Part shown: positions 51,013 through 64,000 of the stretch, in pieces | Numbering within the stretch: position 1 is the stretch's first letter | How the letters are laid out: each line of letters starts with the position of its first letter | NCBI RefSeq assembly: GCF_009914755.1 | Contig: NC_060929.1 | DNA: 64,000 nt | Reading direction: 5' to 3' (one strand) | DNA from: the human T2T-CHM13v2.0 reference genome, Homo sapiens | Translations under genes and position numbers: made by a program | The notes under the pieces: generated by a model | The model's database searches: none | Told to the model about the DNA's origin: nothing | The model's input: only the letters and a program-made list of their open reading frames with translations

Positions 51013-51153
51013 TTTTTTTTTTTTTTTTTTTTCTGTAGAGATGGGAATCTCACTATGTTGCCTAGGCTGATCTTGAGCTCCTAGCCTTAAGTGATTCTGC
51101 AGCTTGGTCTCCCAAAGTGCTGGGATTACAGGCATGAGCCACTGCACCCAGGC
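51013..51153 (-). mobile_element. Alu monomer (FLAM-like)
   Basis: Left-arm sequence plus poly(T). Confidence 0.8.
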
Positions 51154-51669
51154 GGGGGGCTGGGGGCTGGGATCATCTTTTAGAGCTTCTTCCCTCCCGC
51201 TTCTCCTTCCATTTTCCCCAGGAGATCTCAAGGGGCCAGTGGGTGCTCAATAGCGCTGTGACTGTGTGGGGAGCTTCTGCAGCCCTCCTTTGTACCCTGC
51301 TGTGGCGCAGCTGATGGGACCCAGTCCCTGACATCCTGCACGTGTCCTGAATGGAGGTTTTCACTTTTCCTGGTCTCTTTGGGGCCACAGAAGCACTCAC
51401 TACTGACATCAGTATTTCTCCATTTCCTTGGTGGTGAGGTCCTTGTGTTTGGACGGAGGCTGGTCCCACTGTGTGGGCCTCTCTGGGTCTGCTGGTACTG
51501 GCAGATCCTGTCTCCCAACCAGTACTCAAGGGAGCCTCTGGGTCTCCTGACCACTGCCCACTAGGAGCACTGTCTCAGCCTGGCCTCTTGGCCTAACCAC
51601 GACACGTGGCTATTTCTATTTTGCTTGGCCATATGATGTTGTAGCAGGGACATTCTGCGAGATGGTTTC

Positions 51670-52047
51670 TGTATTAGTTTGGTAGGGCTGCTGTAACAAA
51701 ATGCTACAGAGTGGGTGGCTTAAGCAATGGTAATTTATCTGGAGGCTGGAAGTCTGAGATCAAGGGGCTGTCAGGGTTGGCTTCTCCTGAGGCCTCTCTC
51801 CTTAGCTTGCAGGCTGCCACTTTCTTGCTGCCTCTTCACACGGTTGTCTCTCTGCATGTGTGTCCCTGGTGTCTCTTCCTCGTCTTATAAGGGCCCTGGT
51901 CCTACTGGGTTAGGGCTCCACCATTAAGGCCTCATTTAACCTAATCATGTCTTTAAAGACCTTATCTCTAAGGATGGTTCCATTCTGATATCCAGGGGTT
52001 GGCCCTGAATGTATGAATTTTGGGGGAACACAAATCAGTTTGTAACA
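51670..52047 (-). mobile_element. MLT1A/B LTR
   Basis: tgtattagtttggtagggctgctgtaacaaaatg...tctggaggctggaagtctgagatcaag. Confidence 0.8.
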
Positions 52048-52833
52048 ATTTCCTTTCCCTTGATTTATCTGGGGGTTCTTCTTGCTTGCTGGAGCTCTCC
52101 CTGACCCACCTAGCCAAGGTTCAGGAAGGGGTATGGTTGCTGGGTCTGCAGAGATCAGGCTGAGGGTGAGACCATCACCCCACCTCCTCCACCCCTCTCA
52201 ATCTCTCTGCTTCCTCCGAGCCACTCTCCAGGCCAAAGGGGCTCTTCTTTCTTTCTGTGGGGGAGAGAGCTCCCCTCTTGTCAAATCCTGCCTTTTCTCC
52301 AACTAGTGCATTCAGACTAGCACGCAGTGTTCTTTGCAAGGGAAGCACTTTGGAGTCTAAAAATCCCTTTTCTTAATGAAGCCTGACTTTCAAAACTATT
52401 TTTTTTTTGCTGTTGCCATCACAAATCTTATTTGAAATTCAAAGCTCAGCCATTGCTTGGCCCTCTGAGGCAATGAATGGTTGGGGAGCTGTAGGGTGAC
52501 TTGATTTACAGGAAAGAAAAAATCATTTGATAGGATATTTTCAGAATTATTATTATTTCTGCATCATGGGTCATGTGATTGATGAATATACACAGCAGAA
52601 ATAATTCTGAAAATATTTTTTATCTAGTTTAGACCTTTTAGTTTCTTTTCTTTTCATTATAAAATGCAATACGTGTTCATTTGAAGAAATTTGGAAAACA
52701 AATTCAGAGGGAAAAAAATTATGCTTAGACTTAACATCCAAAGACAGGTACTGTTATCATTTAGCCTGTTTCCCTCCTATCTTTCGTTTATGAATTTTTG
52801 GGGTTACTTTTAATTTAATTTACATATATTTAA

Positions 52834-53226
<393 letters not shown>

Positions 53227-53724
53227 AAAACTGGTAATATTTTTAAATGATTAAAAATAAAAACAGCATACAGAGAGACATACAGTGAGCAATCTCACAA
53301 CCATTCCGATCTCTGTCCACTCTGTTCTTCCCACACCCTGTAAGGAATCACTTGTACTAGTTTTTTTGTGCATCTGTCTCTCCAGAGTTTCTTTACCCAA
53401 ATACAAATGGAATAGACACTCTTACTTTTACCCTTTCTTATGCAAATGGTATTAGAAGTATGGAGCGTTCTGCACCTGGAGAACTTTCCAACAGGACCTC
53501 TTTCATGGCTTCTTGCGGCCTGGATGCTAAGTTCTCTAGCTCCCTAGCTGTGATACTTTGGGCAACATCTTTGCCTATCTAGGTCAAACTTCAGCTAATG
53601 CTTCTTTTTTCTTCACTTGGTAACAAACTGCCACACCCCAGCCCCAATCACGAGTGTGGAGACGTGATTCAAGTTGGTACTGCCAAATAACTGCCCTGGT
53701 GACAGTTATCTGTCCCGGGAAGGT

Positions 53725-54130
53725 CTGTGAAGCAGGTTCACTGTGCACTGCTTACCAATCTGTCTGAGTCCAGAGAGACAGAACATACTCATATGCAACA
53801 AATTATGTGAAGTGGATCCACTATTTATAGGTAGGCAGCAAGGGACACAGAAGCCTAGGATTCATTGTGAGTTGGTCTCCCAATGCTAAGAAAGCTCCCT
53901 GGGGTGGATGGAGTCTGAACGGTGCATATCTGAATTGCACTGTAGAATAGGGACCCTGAAAGGACACCTACCCGGGTTACATACCACAGGGTCACATGAC
54001 TCACTGGGCTAAAGTGTTGAGGGACATTCTGTTTCTAGGGGAGGCTGGACCAGAGCCCAAGATGTTCAGCCAGTCCCTCCGTATCTCAGGGTGTTACATT
54101 CTCAGTACATTCTATAGTTATTCATGAGAT
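53725..54130 (-). mobile_element. ERV-type LTR (LTR47-like, tentative)
   Basis: gaagcaggttcactgtgcactg...taggcagcaagggacacagaagcctaggattca resembles a recalled consensus. Confidence 0.45.
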
Positions 54131-54559
54131 CTACCAGCAAGAGTGAGCAGAACTCTTGAGTGGGTTGGTCCAAGGCCACTCAGAACACTGTCCTGCAGTC
54201 ATATGATTCCAGATGGCCAGGACATTCCTCCTGGTGCTGGTGGGAATGCCTGCCTCTTGCCTCTGAGCTTGCTGTGTTGGCATGAAGTGAACTTGGGGCT
54301 TCTCATGGTCATCTTTCCCACCACATGGAGAGGGCCCATCACTAGTAGGAAACATGTAGCTAACATTCAGAGAGAAGCAGAGAAGAGAGATGCAAAACCC
54401 CAGCAACTCACTGGTGTCCTAGATTCAGTCCTGTCTAGTGAACCACCCTTTATCTAAATTATGGGAGTTTGGGCTGCATTTCTGCCACAGCTGGGAGAGT
54501 CCTAGTTTGTATCAAGTTCTGGGAAGCCCAAGCCCCATGAGAAAGGAGGGGAACTCACT

Positions 54560-54770
54560 GAGAGGTGGGAGTTAAGAGCGCAGGCTCTGGAACCAGACTG
54601 GCTGGATCCACGTGCTGGCTCCACCACTTAGCATGTGGTCTCGGACACACCATGCAACGGTTCCGTGTCCATTTTTGCACCTGTGGGGTAACGTGACATG
54701 ATTGAATGAGTTGGCATGTCAAATGTGTAGCCAATATAAGGGTCACGGTGAACTGCTTATAAATGCTATT
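54560..54770 (+). mobile_element. MIR
   Basis: gttaagagcgcaggctctggaaccagactg. Confidence 0.65.
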
Positions 54771-55154
54771 ACGTTGTTCATCTGTTCACGTTTCACAGAT
54801 GTCACTGCCACTCTCCCCAGCTCCATCTTCATCCCGCCGAGTCCCATCTTCCTTCTCACCAGCCTGGTATTTTTGAACGTACATTTGAATTGCAACAGTC
54901 GGCATCAAGATGGTGGGAAATAGCAGTTGAGATTTCTCAACTAGAAGATTGAAAAGTCTAAGGCTGGACAAACAATCAAACAATGAGAGGTAGTAAAGTA
55001 GAGCAAAATTTTAAGGATGAACTGAGAATGTACAGCCCTAGCATGCAAGAGGCCATCTTTCCTTCTTCAAGAGTTCTTTCTCATCAGCAAGAACCTCTCA
55101 TCAAGATGGCCTCCCCAATAACTGAAGAGTTATTGTGGTTGTTTTTAAATCCCT

Positions 55155-55550
55155 CCATTAGTTTGCTAGGGCTGCCATAACATATTGAGTGACTTGAGCA
55201 ACAGAGATGTATTTCCTCACAGTTCTGGAGGCTGGAAGTTGGAGATGAAGGTGCTGCCAGGTTTGTTCCTCCTGAGGTCTCTGTGCTTGGCTTGTAGATG
55301 GCCATCTTCTTCCTGTGCCTTTACATGGATCTCTCTCTGTGTGTGTCTATGTTCCAATCTCCTTTTCCTGTAAGGACACCAGTCATTTTAAATTAGGCAA
55401 ATGAGGTAATGAGGTAATCATCTGTATTACCTCATTTTACCTTAATCACCTCTTTACAAGACTTATCTCCAAATATAGTCACATTCTGAGGTCCTGGGGG
55501 TTAGGCCTTCAACATAAGGAATTTAGGGGGACACAGTTCAGCCCATAGCA
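55155..55550 (-). mobile_element. MLT1A/B LTR
   Basis: tagggctgccataaca...cacagttctggaggctggaag...gggggacacagttcagcccatagca. Confidence 0.8.
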
Positions 55551-56702
55551 CTCACGAAAGGGGCTTTTCAGTGCTGCTCCAGACTTCTCGGCCTTCCCCT
55601 CTCCTGCTTGGTAACCCCTCTCCTTGTTCCTGAATCCCAGATCGACACCACACTGCATGGTGTTTTGGTAGAAGCAGCTACAGGGTTTTCATCAGAGTCC
55701 TAGGACTCTGGACAACATGAACAGTATGAAAAGTCCTTCTGAATACGGTGGGTGTGGAGATGAAGAGGTGTGGGTGGGGTTATTTTGGGACTGTTTGTCT
55801 TTTGTCTGCACATATTAAAGGCTGGCCTAGTTTAAAATGTGGCCTTTCTTATTTTTTTTTTAAATTGGAGTTTTGAAGTAAGTGAATGATGACAGTGTGT
55901 GCATAGGAGTCTGTCTTGGGATAAAAGAAGTCAGTGGACAGTCACAGAACTGGGTATGGACGGTCTCAGAATGCTGAATAAAAGGCATAGCAAGATTCTT
56001 GGCCTTCTATTTCCTAATGCTCTCAGAATATTTTTAGTTGATCTGTCATCTTTAGCTTAGGGCCATAGGATAGACTTTATGTCATTTAGTTTCATCACCA
56101 GGAGAACAAAAATCGTCGATTGTGATAGCAACACATTGAGAATATCTGATGAGTAGCATCTGTCTGTCCTGGTTGCTGGGATTGCAGTCTGTACATGAGT
56201 ATGTAGGGCTGGCACCATGGGTCTTTGCGTGCTAATTTTCCCTGACATCGTCCCGCTGCACAGCCTTCCTTTCCCATATCTATGATTTTATTCTCTTTTT
56301 ATTATATTGTGCATACTTTTATAAGCTTTCTTCATATCCTTTCATCCATCTATTTATCCACACAGATGTATATGAATTATTTGGAGTATATTTTCGTGAT
56401 TGTTGGAAGCAGTGAAGCTTCAACCTTTTAATGTGGGGTTGGACCCCATTAATATGCCATCCAGGTTCAACCATGTTGTTGTGGTGTCCTGCTATCTCCC
56501 ACCCCATGTGTGATGTCGATCTGGGACTCAAGAACAAGGAGGGGGTTACCAAGCAGGAGAGAAGGCTGAGAAGTCTGGGGCAGCACTGAAAAGCCCCTTT
56601 CATGGAGTGCTATGGGTTGATTCGTGTCCCCCTAAATTCCTTATGTTGAAAGACTAACCCTCAAGACCTCAGAATGTGGCTGTATTTGGAGATAAGATTT
56701 TT

Positions 56703-57505
<803 letters not shown>

Positions 57506-58204
57506 ATGTGCCATTCAATTGTGTTTTGCTAACATCTTTCAGATTACAATTAAAAATAAAAAACACAGTGCCTTTTTAAAAGGACAGGTGTGTTTTCTTT
57601 GGGTTTGAAAACATACTATGTGTAGATAAGGACACATTCACACCTTTGAGTATAGGTATATATGTAATTGCACAAACATAAATATAGTGCACAGTTTTTA
57701 TTCAGAATTCTGTCATTTGACATGATTAGGACATATAGGATATTCTTATTAGTTTAATATTCTGGTTAATAATGAATTGCTTTTTATGTCATATAAAAAC
57801 TATCAATTGAAACAAGAATGCAATAAGGCATCTAAGTCTAAAATTAGACTGCTCATAGTGGGATCTTTCTTTTAAATTCAAGAAGTACTTCAGTCCTGGG
57901 AATGATGGTATATAACTATGTCAATAGACAAGAGATAAATGAGTTAATCTTGAGCTTTAAGTTAGGGGAATATATACCAGAAATTGCAAATGTGTGTGGT
58001 TTGGAGGATGCATTTTATAGGGATGGCATGATGTTTGAAATTTTTTTAAATTAGGTGCCAATTTTTAAAAATTGAGATAATTCACATAAAAATCTAGATT
58101 TCAGGTTTCTCTTCAGAAATCACTGGGCCAGGACTCCAGAGGCCCTGAAGGTCTCTCTGACCTGCCTGGTCCCCATTGGCATTTGAAATCACAGTAAAGC
58201 ATGC

Positions 58205-58588
58205 TGTATTAGTCTGTTCTCACATTGCTATAAAGAACTACCTGACACTGGGTAATTTATAAAGAAAAGAAGTTTAATGGACTCACAGTTCCACAGGCTG
58301 TACAGGAAGAATGGCTGGGGAGGCCTCAGGAAACTTAGAGTCATGGCAGAAGGCGAAGAGGAAGGAGGTACGGCTTACACGGCCGGAGCGGGAGGAAGAG
58401 AGAGAGGTGTGAGGTGCCACACGCTTTTAAACCACTGGATCTCTTGAGAACTCATTCACTATCATGAGAACAGCAAAAGGGAAATCCACTCCAAAGATCC
58501 AATCACCTCTCACCAGGTCCCTCTTCCAACATTGGGGATTACAATTTGACATGAGATTTGGGCAAGGGCACAAATCCAAACCGTATCA
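58205..58588 (-). mobile_element. MSTA solo LTR
   Basis: tgtattagtctgttctcacattgctataaag...caaaccgtatca with perfect TSD CATGC at 58200-58204 and 58589-58593. Confidence 0.88.
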
Positions 58589-59559
58589 CATGCCTTACCA
58601 GTTTATTGCAAATTCCTAATCAGCAATGATTAAATTATCATACGAATTCACATTTTACATCTATTTGTACTTTTTATTTTTCAAAACAGTTTCAAACCCA
58701 TTAGCTCCTTGTTGCAGCCCTGTGGGGTAGGCAGAGCAGTGGTACTACATTCATTTCCCAGAAGGAAAAATTAGGGTTCCTGGACAGGCAATGGCACCCT
58801 CTACGTTTAAGGGTCTCTAACTCTTTTCAGGAAGCAGTTTGGAGCTTTGTCACCCATGAATCTATAAAGCCTCTTTTGAGATTATACAGATTTTTTTCCA
58901 AAATAAAAATATAATTACTGTTTTTTTCTGGTTATATAAACAATGCATTCTCAAAGTAAAAAGTTTAATGAGTACAGAAATGTATAAAAAGAAAGTAAAA
59001 ACTACCCAAAGTATCTCCACACAAGTATAATTACTGTTAATTTTGGTGAACTCACTTCAAAACTTCCCTCTAAGCACATGTGAAGATGTTCAGTTATGTA
59101 AGTGTGCCTAAATATTAATGATGCAGTTTTGTAATCTGCTTTAAAAAAAAACTCAGGAATACATCACAGAGAGCTTTTCATATCAGTACACAGAGATGTA
59201 TCTAATCATTTTAAAAGTGACATTGCATTTCATTTTAGGTACACACTGAGATATCTTTAACCAGTCCTCCATGGCTAGCCATTTAGGGTGCTTCGTTTTT
59301 TTCCATTATAAACAAGGCTGTAATGAACATCCTTGAATATGTATCTTTGTCCACTTGCTCAATTAACTCATAATGGTAAACTACTCGTTTGAAGCTGTGT
59401 TCCTGTGCACATTTAACCAACAACAACTTTGGAGATAATATCTTTCAACAGATCACGTGAGCTCTTGGATTTGGGGGACAAGTTCTTATTGATGATGTCC
59501 TAGTGTCTCCAACTACAAACTGTGTGACTATAGGTATTAAAAAAAGAATTCCAACAAAT

Positions 59560-59960
59560 CTTTATTGGCCATCTTTTATGTGCACCAAACAATACTATCC
59601 TGGAGATATAAAGGCAAATGAAACACAATTCTAGCCCTTCTTGAGCTCACCCACTGGTGTAGGAGCATTCTTGCATGTATGTGTGTGCACACGTGTGCAT
59701 GCACACACTGTGCCTCCTGCCCCCCATCAGTTAACTGTAATACAGCATGGTAAGTGCTGAGCTTCCAGGTGAATGAGTCAGAAGGCAAAATGGATAATGA
59801 TGCCTGGAAAAGTCAGAGGAGATAACATTTCTGCTAAGCCTTGAAGGAGGAATAGGATTACACCAAACAGAGACAGAGGAAAGGCATTTTGGATGGAAAG
59901 ACAACCTAGCAAAACCTGGAAGTTCCAAGGTTTTGGAAGGCAAGTTGGGTATCCTGATGT
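59560..59960 (-). mobile_element. L2 fragment
   Basis: ctaagccttgaaggaggaataggatt...aggcattttgg. Confidence 0.6.
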
Positions 59961-60631
59961 AGCCAGATCTCAGCAACGAGAAGTGAAAAATCCCCCTGAG
60001 AAGTGAGTCTGTAACGTTCCCTTTGCTTCAGCTTACTCACTTGTGGGTGATTCATTTGCCTATTTCATAGGGTTGGAGGGTTAAAAAAATCTAATGGATG
60101 TAAGGTGCTTAAAATGGTCTCTTGCACATAACTTACTAGGTACTCCACAAATGTTACTATGATGGTCATTATCTGTTCCCTTCACAATTTCATCTTAGCC
60201 CTCCTTTCAGACTTTGGCTTTCTAACAGTTCAGTGGCCTTCTTGGGCAGGCTTTGTGCGTCGCTCCTGTAGGTGAACCATCTGGGCCTCCTTCAGCCGTG
60301 TTGCTAACCCCCTTGAGAATTCCAGGCTCTGAGGTGGAGGGAGAGAGGGCAGAAGCTCACACTCTTTGGTTTTAACATTCATACTCTCCAAAGCCTGTTT
60401 CTGTGCTGAAGACTCTTAAACATCAAGCTGGGCTTCTAATTTGGAAATGTGGAAAAGCTGTATAATTTCACACATTTTCCATGAAGTGCTGTAAATTTCT
60501 AGGCCCAGGCAATAGTGCTGTGTCAGGGTGATGAAATGGAAAAAGCTATTGGTGTGGGACACTTTGTTTTGACACAAGCCACAGCCGTGCCATTTTGGAC
60601 ACATTCTTCATCTCCCTGGGCCTTAGTTTCT

Positions 60632-60687
60632 TGATGATGTTGATGATGATGATGATGATGATGATCCTAATGATGACAGTGATGATG
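60632..60687. repeat. (GAT)n trinucleotide repeat
   Basis: Seen directly. Confidence 0.88.
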
Positions 60688-61756
60688 AAGAATATCTACC
60701 ACAGTGAGAAAGGCACCTGCCAGGCTCTAGGTCATTTAATCTTATTTCATCTCACAACAATTCTGTGGGGTTGGTATTATTATCCCCATTTTTCAGATGA
60801 GCAAATGATGCCTCAAAGACTGTAACTCAACTTTTTTGAGATCTTATGACTAGTAAGTATCAAAGTCGAGTTCAAACTTGGGGCTATCTAACCCTGAATA
60901 TCAGTCATCCTCATTACCCCCTCCCTATGATTTTTTCTTCTAGGAAAATGAAGAGATTTGGTGGGATGATCTTGAAGGATACTTTAACCTCTAAACTCCA
61001 TGGTCTATGGAAGGGCTTCCTTTCTCTCTTCAAAGGTTGTTGATGTTATTGAATTGATGTTATTGTGAGATCTTTGTCACAAACATGTTGTTCCAATGTA
61101 CCTGGTGGAGTAGAACAAGTTGGTGTGCACAGAGGGTGGAAAGTTGGTGTCATGGGCATCTATATTTATTCCAACCCAGAAGAGGAAGGGTGGAGTGAAT
61201 AGTGCCTGTCTATGCTTCCTGGTGCCAGGTGGGATTAAATTCATCATTGGATTTGGGATGTTTTGTCATTTTTGGTTTCAGCCACACCTTCTGAGCTAGT
61301 TGCTTTTTATAGACAAGGGAACCAGGTGTTTTCTGCAGACAGAGAGGCTTCATAAGCACCCTGGGGCCAGCTCAGATGCAGGAAGGACACTGGCTCCAAG
61401 TGACCCAGGTTGTTGAGCCACCCAGTAAAGAGAGGTCAGCAGCTGCAGCTGTCCCTGGCAAGCTGGGGACAGTCCTCAGCCTGAGCAGAATGGATTGACC
61501 AGCTTAGAAGAGAGGGGTTGATTTATAGGAGGGTCTTTAGTCCTGGCCTCTGGATTCACAGACCTGAGTTTGAATCCAAGATCTGCTACATGGCCTAGCA
61601 AAGTATCCTGGATGCATGGATATGGATGTGTCTTCTAATGGAAAAAAGGTGTTTACAGCTCTCAGAGTGTCAATGGGACCAACTACACTTCCCCATATCT
61701 TTTTAAAAAATTTTATCTATTTTTAAATAATAATAATAAAGATTTCTTTTTTTTTT

Positions 61757-62040
61757 TGCCAGACATGGTGGCTCATGCCTGTGATTCCAGCACTTGGGAG
61801 GCCAAGGTAGGAGAAGTGCTTGAGCCCTGGTTCACTACCAGCCTGGCCAGCATGGCAAAACCCTGTCTCTACAAAAAATACAAAAATTAGCTGGGCATGG
61901 TGGTGCATGCTTGTAGTCCTTGCTACTTGGGAGGCTGAGGTGGGAGGATCACCTGAGCCTGAGAAGCCGAGGCTGCAGTGAGCCGTGATTGCACCACCCC
62001 ACTCTGGCCTGGGTTGACAGTGAGACCCTGTATCAAAACA
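61757..62040 (+). mobile_element. AluJ-like
   Basis: Dimer with almost no tail. Confidence 0.85.
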
Positions 62041-62156
62041 TTTCTTTTAGAGACAAGGCCTTGCTGTGTTGCCCAGGCTGATCTTGAACTCCTGGGCTTA
62101 AGCAGTCCTCCCACCTTAGTCTCCAGAGTAGCTGGGGCTACAGGTGTGTGCCACCA
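62041..62156 (-). mobile_element. Alu monomer (FLAM-like), tail-to-tail with the previous Alu
   Basis: agagacaaggccttgctgtgttgcccaggctgatcttgaactcctgggc. Confidence 0.8.
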
Positions 62157-62169
62157 AAACTGACTTCCT

Positions 62170-62790
62170 CATTTCTTGAATTGAGGTGTAACATGTATAT
62201 AAAGTATGACTTTTTGTGGTAAAATATACATAACATAATATTTAACCATTTTAACCATTTGTAAGTATTCAATTTGGTGGCATTAAATACATTCACGGTG
62301 TTGTGTAGTCGCTACCGTTATCTATACCCCCAATTTTTCCATCATCCCCAACAAAAACTCTGCACTCATTATCAGTAACTTCCCCTTTGTCCCTATCCCC
62401 AGGCCCTAGTAATCTCAAGTCTACTTTCCGTCTCTATGAATTTTCCTATTCCAGATACCTTGTGTAAGTGTAATCATGCAGTGTTTGCCCTTTGGTGTCT
62501 GGCATATATCATGTATAATGTTTCCAAGGGCTGTCTGTGTTGCAGCGTACATCAAAATTTCATTCCTATTCATGGCAATAATATTCCATCGTATGTAGAG
62601 ACCACATTTTGTTTATTTGTTGATGGACACTTGGGTTGTTTCCACTGTTTGGCTCTTGTGAATAATGCTGCTGTGAACACTGGTATAGGAATATCTGTTT
62701 GAGTTCCTGCTTTCTATTCTTTTGGGTATAAACCTAGGAGCCTAGGAGTTTTGGAATTCCTGGGTAAAGTGTACCCATCTAAAGTGTTCA
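62170..62790 (-). mobile_element. L1MB-like 3' fragment
   Basis: gtggcattaaatacattcac...gttgatggacacttgggttgtttccac...gggtataaacctagg. Confidence 0.7.
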
Positions 62791-63014
62791 ACCTGATGCA
62801 TTTTTTCATATGCTTACACTTGTGGAACCACTACCTAGATCAGGCTATGGAAGATTTCTAGTACTCCAGAAGCCTCCCTTGAGCTCTCCTACAGGCAATC
62901 CTTGCCCTCTCCCTGAGGGGACCACAATTCTTCCATCTTCTCAGCCTCAGGCTCCTTCCATGGGCCAGGCTTGGAGACTCATGGAAGGTTAAACAGGTCA
63001 ATGGACTAAAGGGA

Positions 63015-63044
63015 CACAGACACATACACACACAGACACACACA

Positions 63045-63087
<43 letters not shown>
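63015..63087. repeat. (CA)n microsatellite
   Basis: Seen directly. Confidence 0.92.
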
Positions 63088-63090
<3 letters not shown>

Positions 63091-64000
63091 GTCTCTCTGT
63101 AACCTTGTAATCCAAAGAAATGCTTTTAGTCCATATTTTCATTTGGGCTTTTTTGGTTTCTTGTCTTCTGAGATTGTTTTAGAAGACACAGTGATTCTTG
63201 ACTTCTTAGTTTTTCAAGGAGACTTGCATGTCTAAGAAAGTAACCTTGCCTGGCTGGATTTTGAATTCCTGGGTCTGAAATTGTAATGCTGATAAGAAGT
63301 GAACCACTGAAATGAAGGAGTTTCCCCTTGTAAGAGATGAGAAGGCACGTGGTCACCTCCTGCAGGACGTCGGTCAGTCTGCAGCACTCAGGGGTGGAGG
63401 CTTCTGGGTGCTGGAGCTGGAGAAAGGAGCCCTCAGGAATCTTTGGCTGAACCTCGCAAGGCCCCTTAAAGGGAGGGGTAGGTTGTGAAGAATACAGAGG
63501 AGCAAAATGGGGACCAGGAAGTGTTGGGGACTGAGGAGGCCCTGGGGGCTGTGACCAACCCCCGCTGCCACTGTCTCTGCTTCTTGCTGAGTGTCTGCTC
63601 TTTCCCCCTCACTACTCTCTGGAGGTCTTCATCCTCTGTTCTGTGTATCTCTTCTCTGATACTTCTGCTCACTCCCAGGTTTGGCTTTCACATGGTTTGG
63701 ATGCACCCTGAACCCCCATCACTCTACTCTTCCTCCCAGACCCTTCCAGCTTGGCTCCCACCAATTGTTGCCCATCATCTCAGTAAGCCCTGGTTCAGAT
63801 TCCTAGTACAGGAAATGTGGCTGGCCCAGTTTCTCTTCTCATGCCAAGTCGAGCCAGAGGCAGCTGCTTGGCCTGGAATGGGCTGCTTCTGGTCCAAGCC
63901 GTTTTCCTGCTCCGTGCTTTGGGGAGAACATGCTCAGCCTTCTGCCTTTGGGATATAATTCCCACTCCACAGTGGAGGCAGCAGAGGCCAGAGAGGTCAA

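Overview
Primate (human-type) genomic DNA, dominated by interspersed repeats (Alu, L1, L2, MIR, MaLR LTRs, MER/Tigger). I recognise no host protein-coding exon and cannot name the locus. The main feature is a full-length, ~6.04 kb L1HS element on the minus strand (32875-38915). It has intact ORF1 (338 aa), ORF2 (1275 aa) and antisense ORF0, Ta-1 (non-deleted, Ta-1nd) diagnostics and a target-site duplication (TSD). It also carries private substitutions, notably Leu675Pro in the RT domain. About 560 bp downstream in L1 orientation sits an older, same-orientation L1PA 3' fragment, which predicts a distinctive transduction and recombination architecture. Outside the standard repeats there is an old inverted local duplication (1.4-2.1 kb vs 8.2-9.2 kb), a direct duplication (9.7 vs 13 kb), an old twin-primed L1, a template-switch-like hairpin and a candidate enhancer near 50.3 kb. 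I see no evidence for a wholly new biological system. Subfamily calls and consensus comparisons are from memory and need RepeatMasker/Dfam confirmation.
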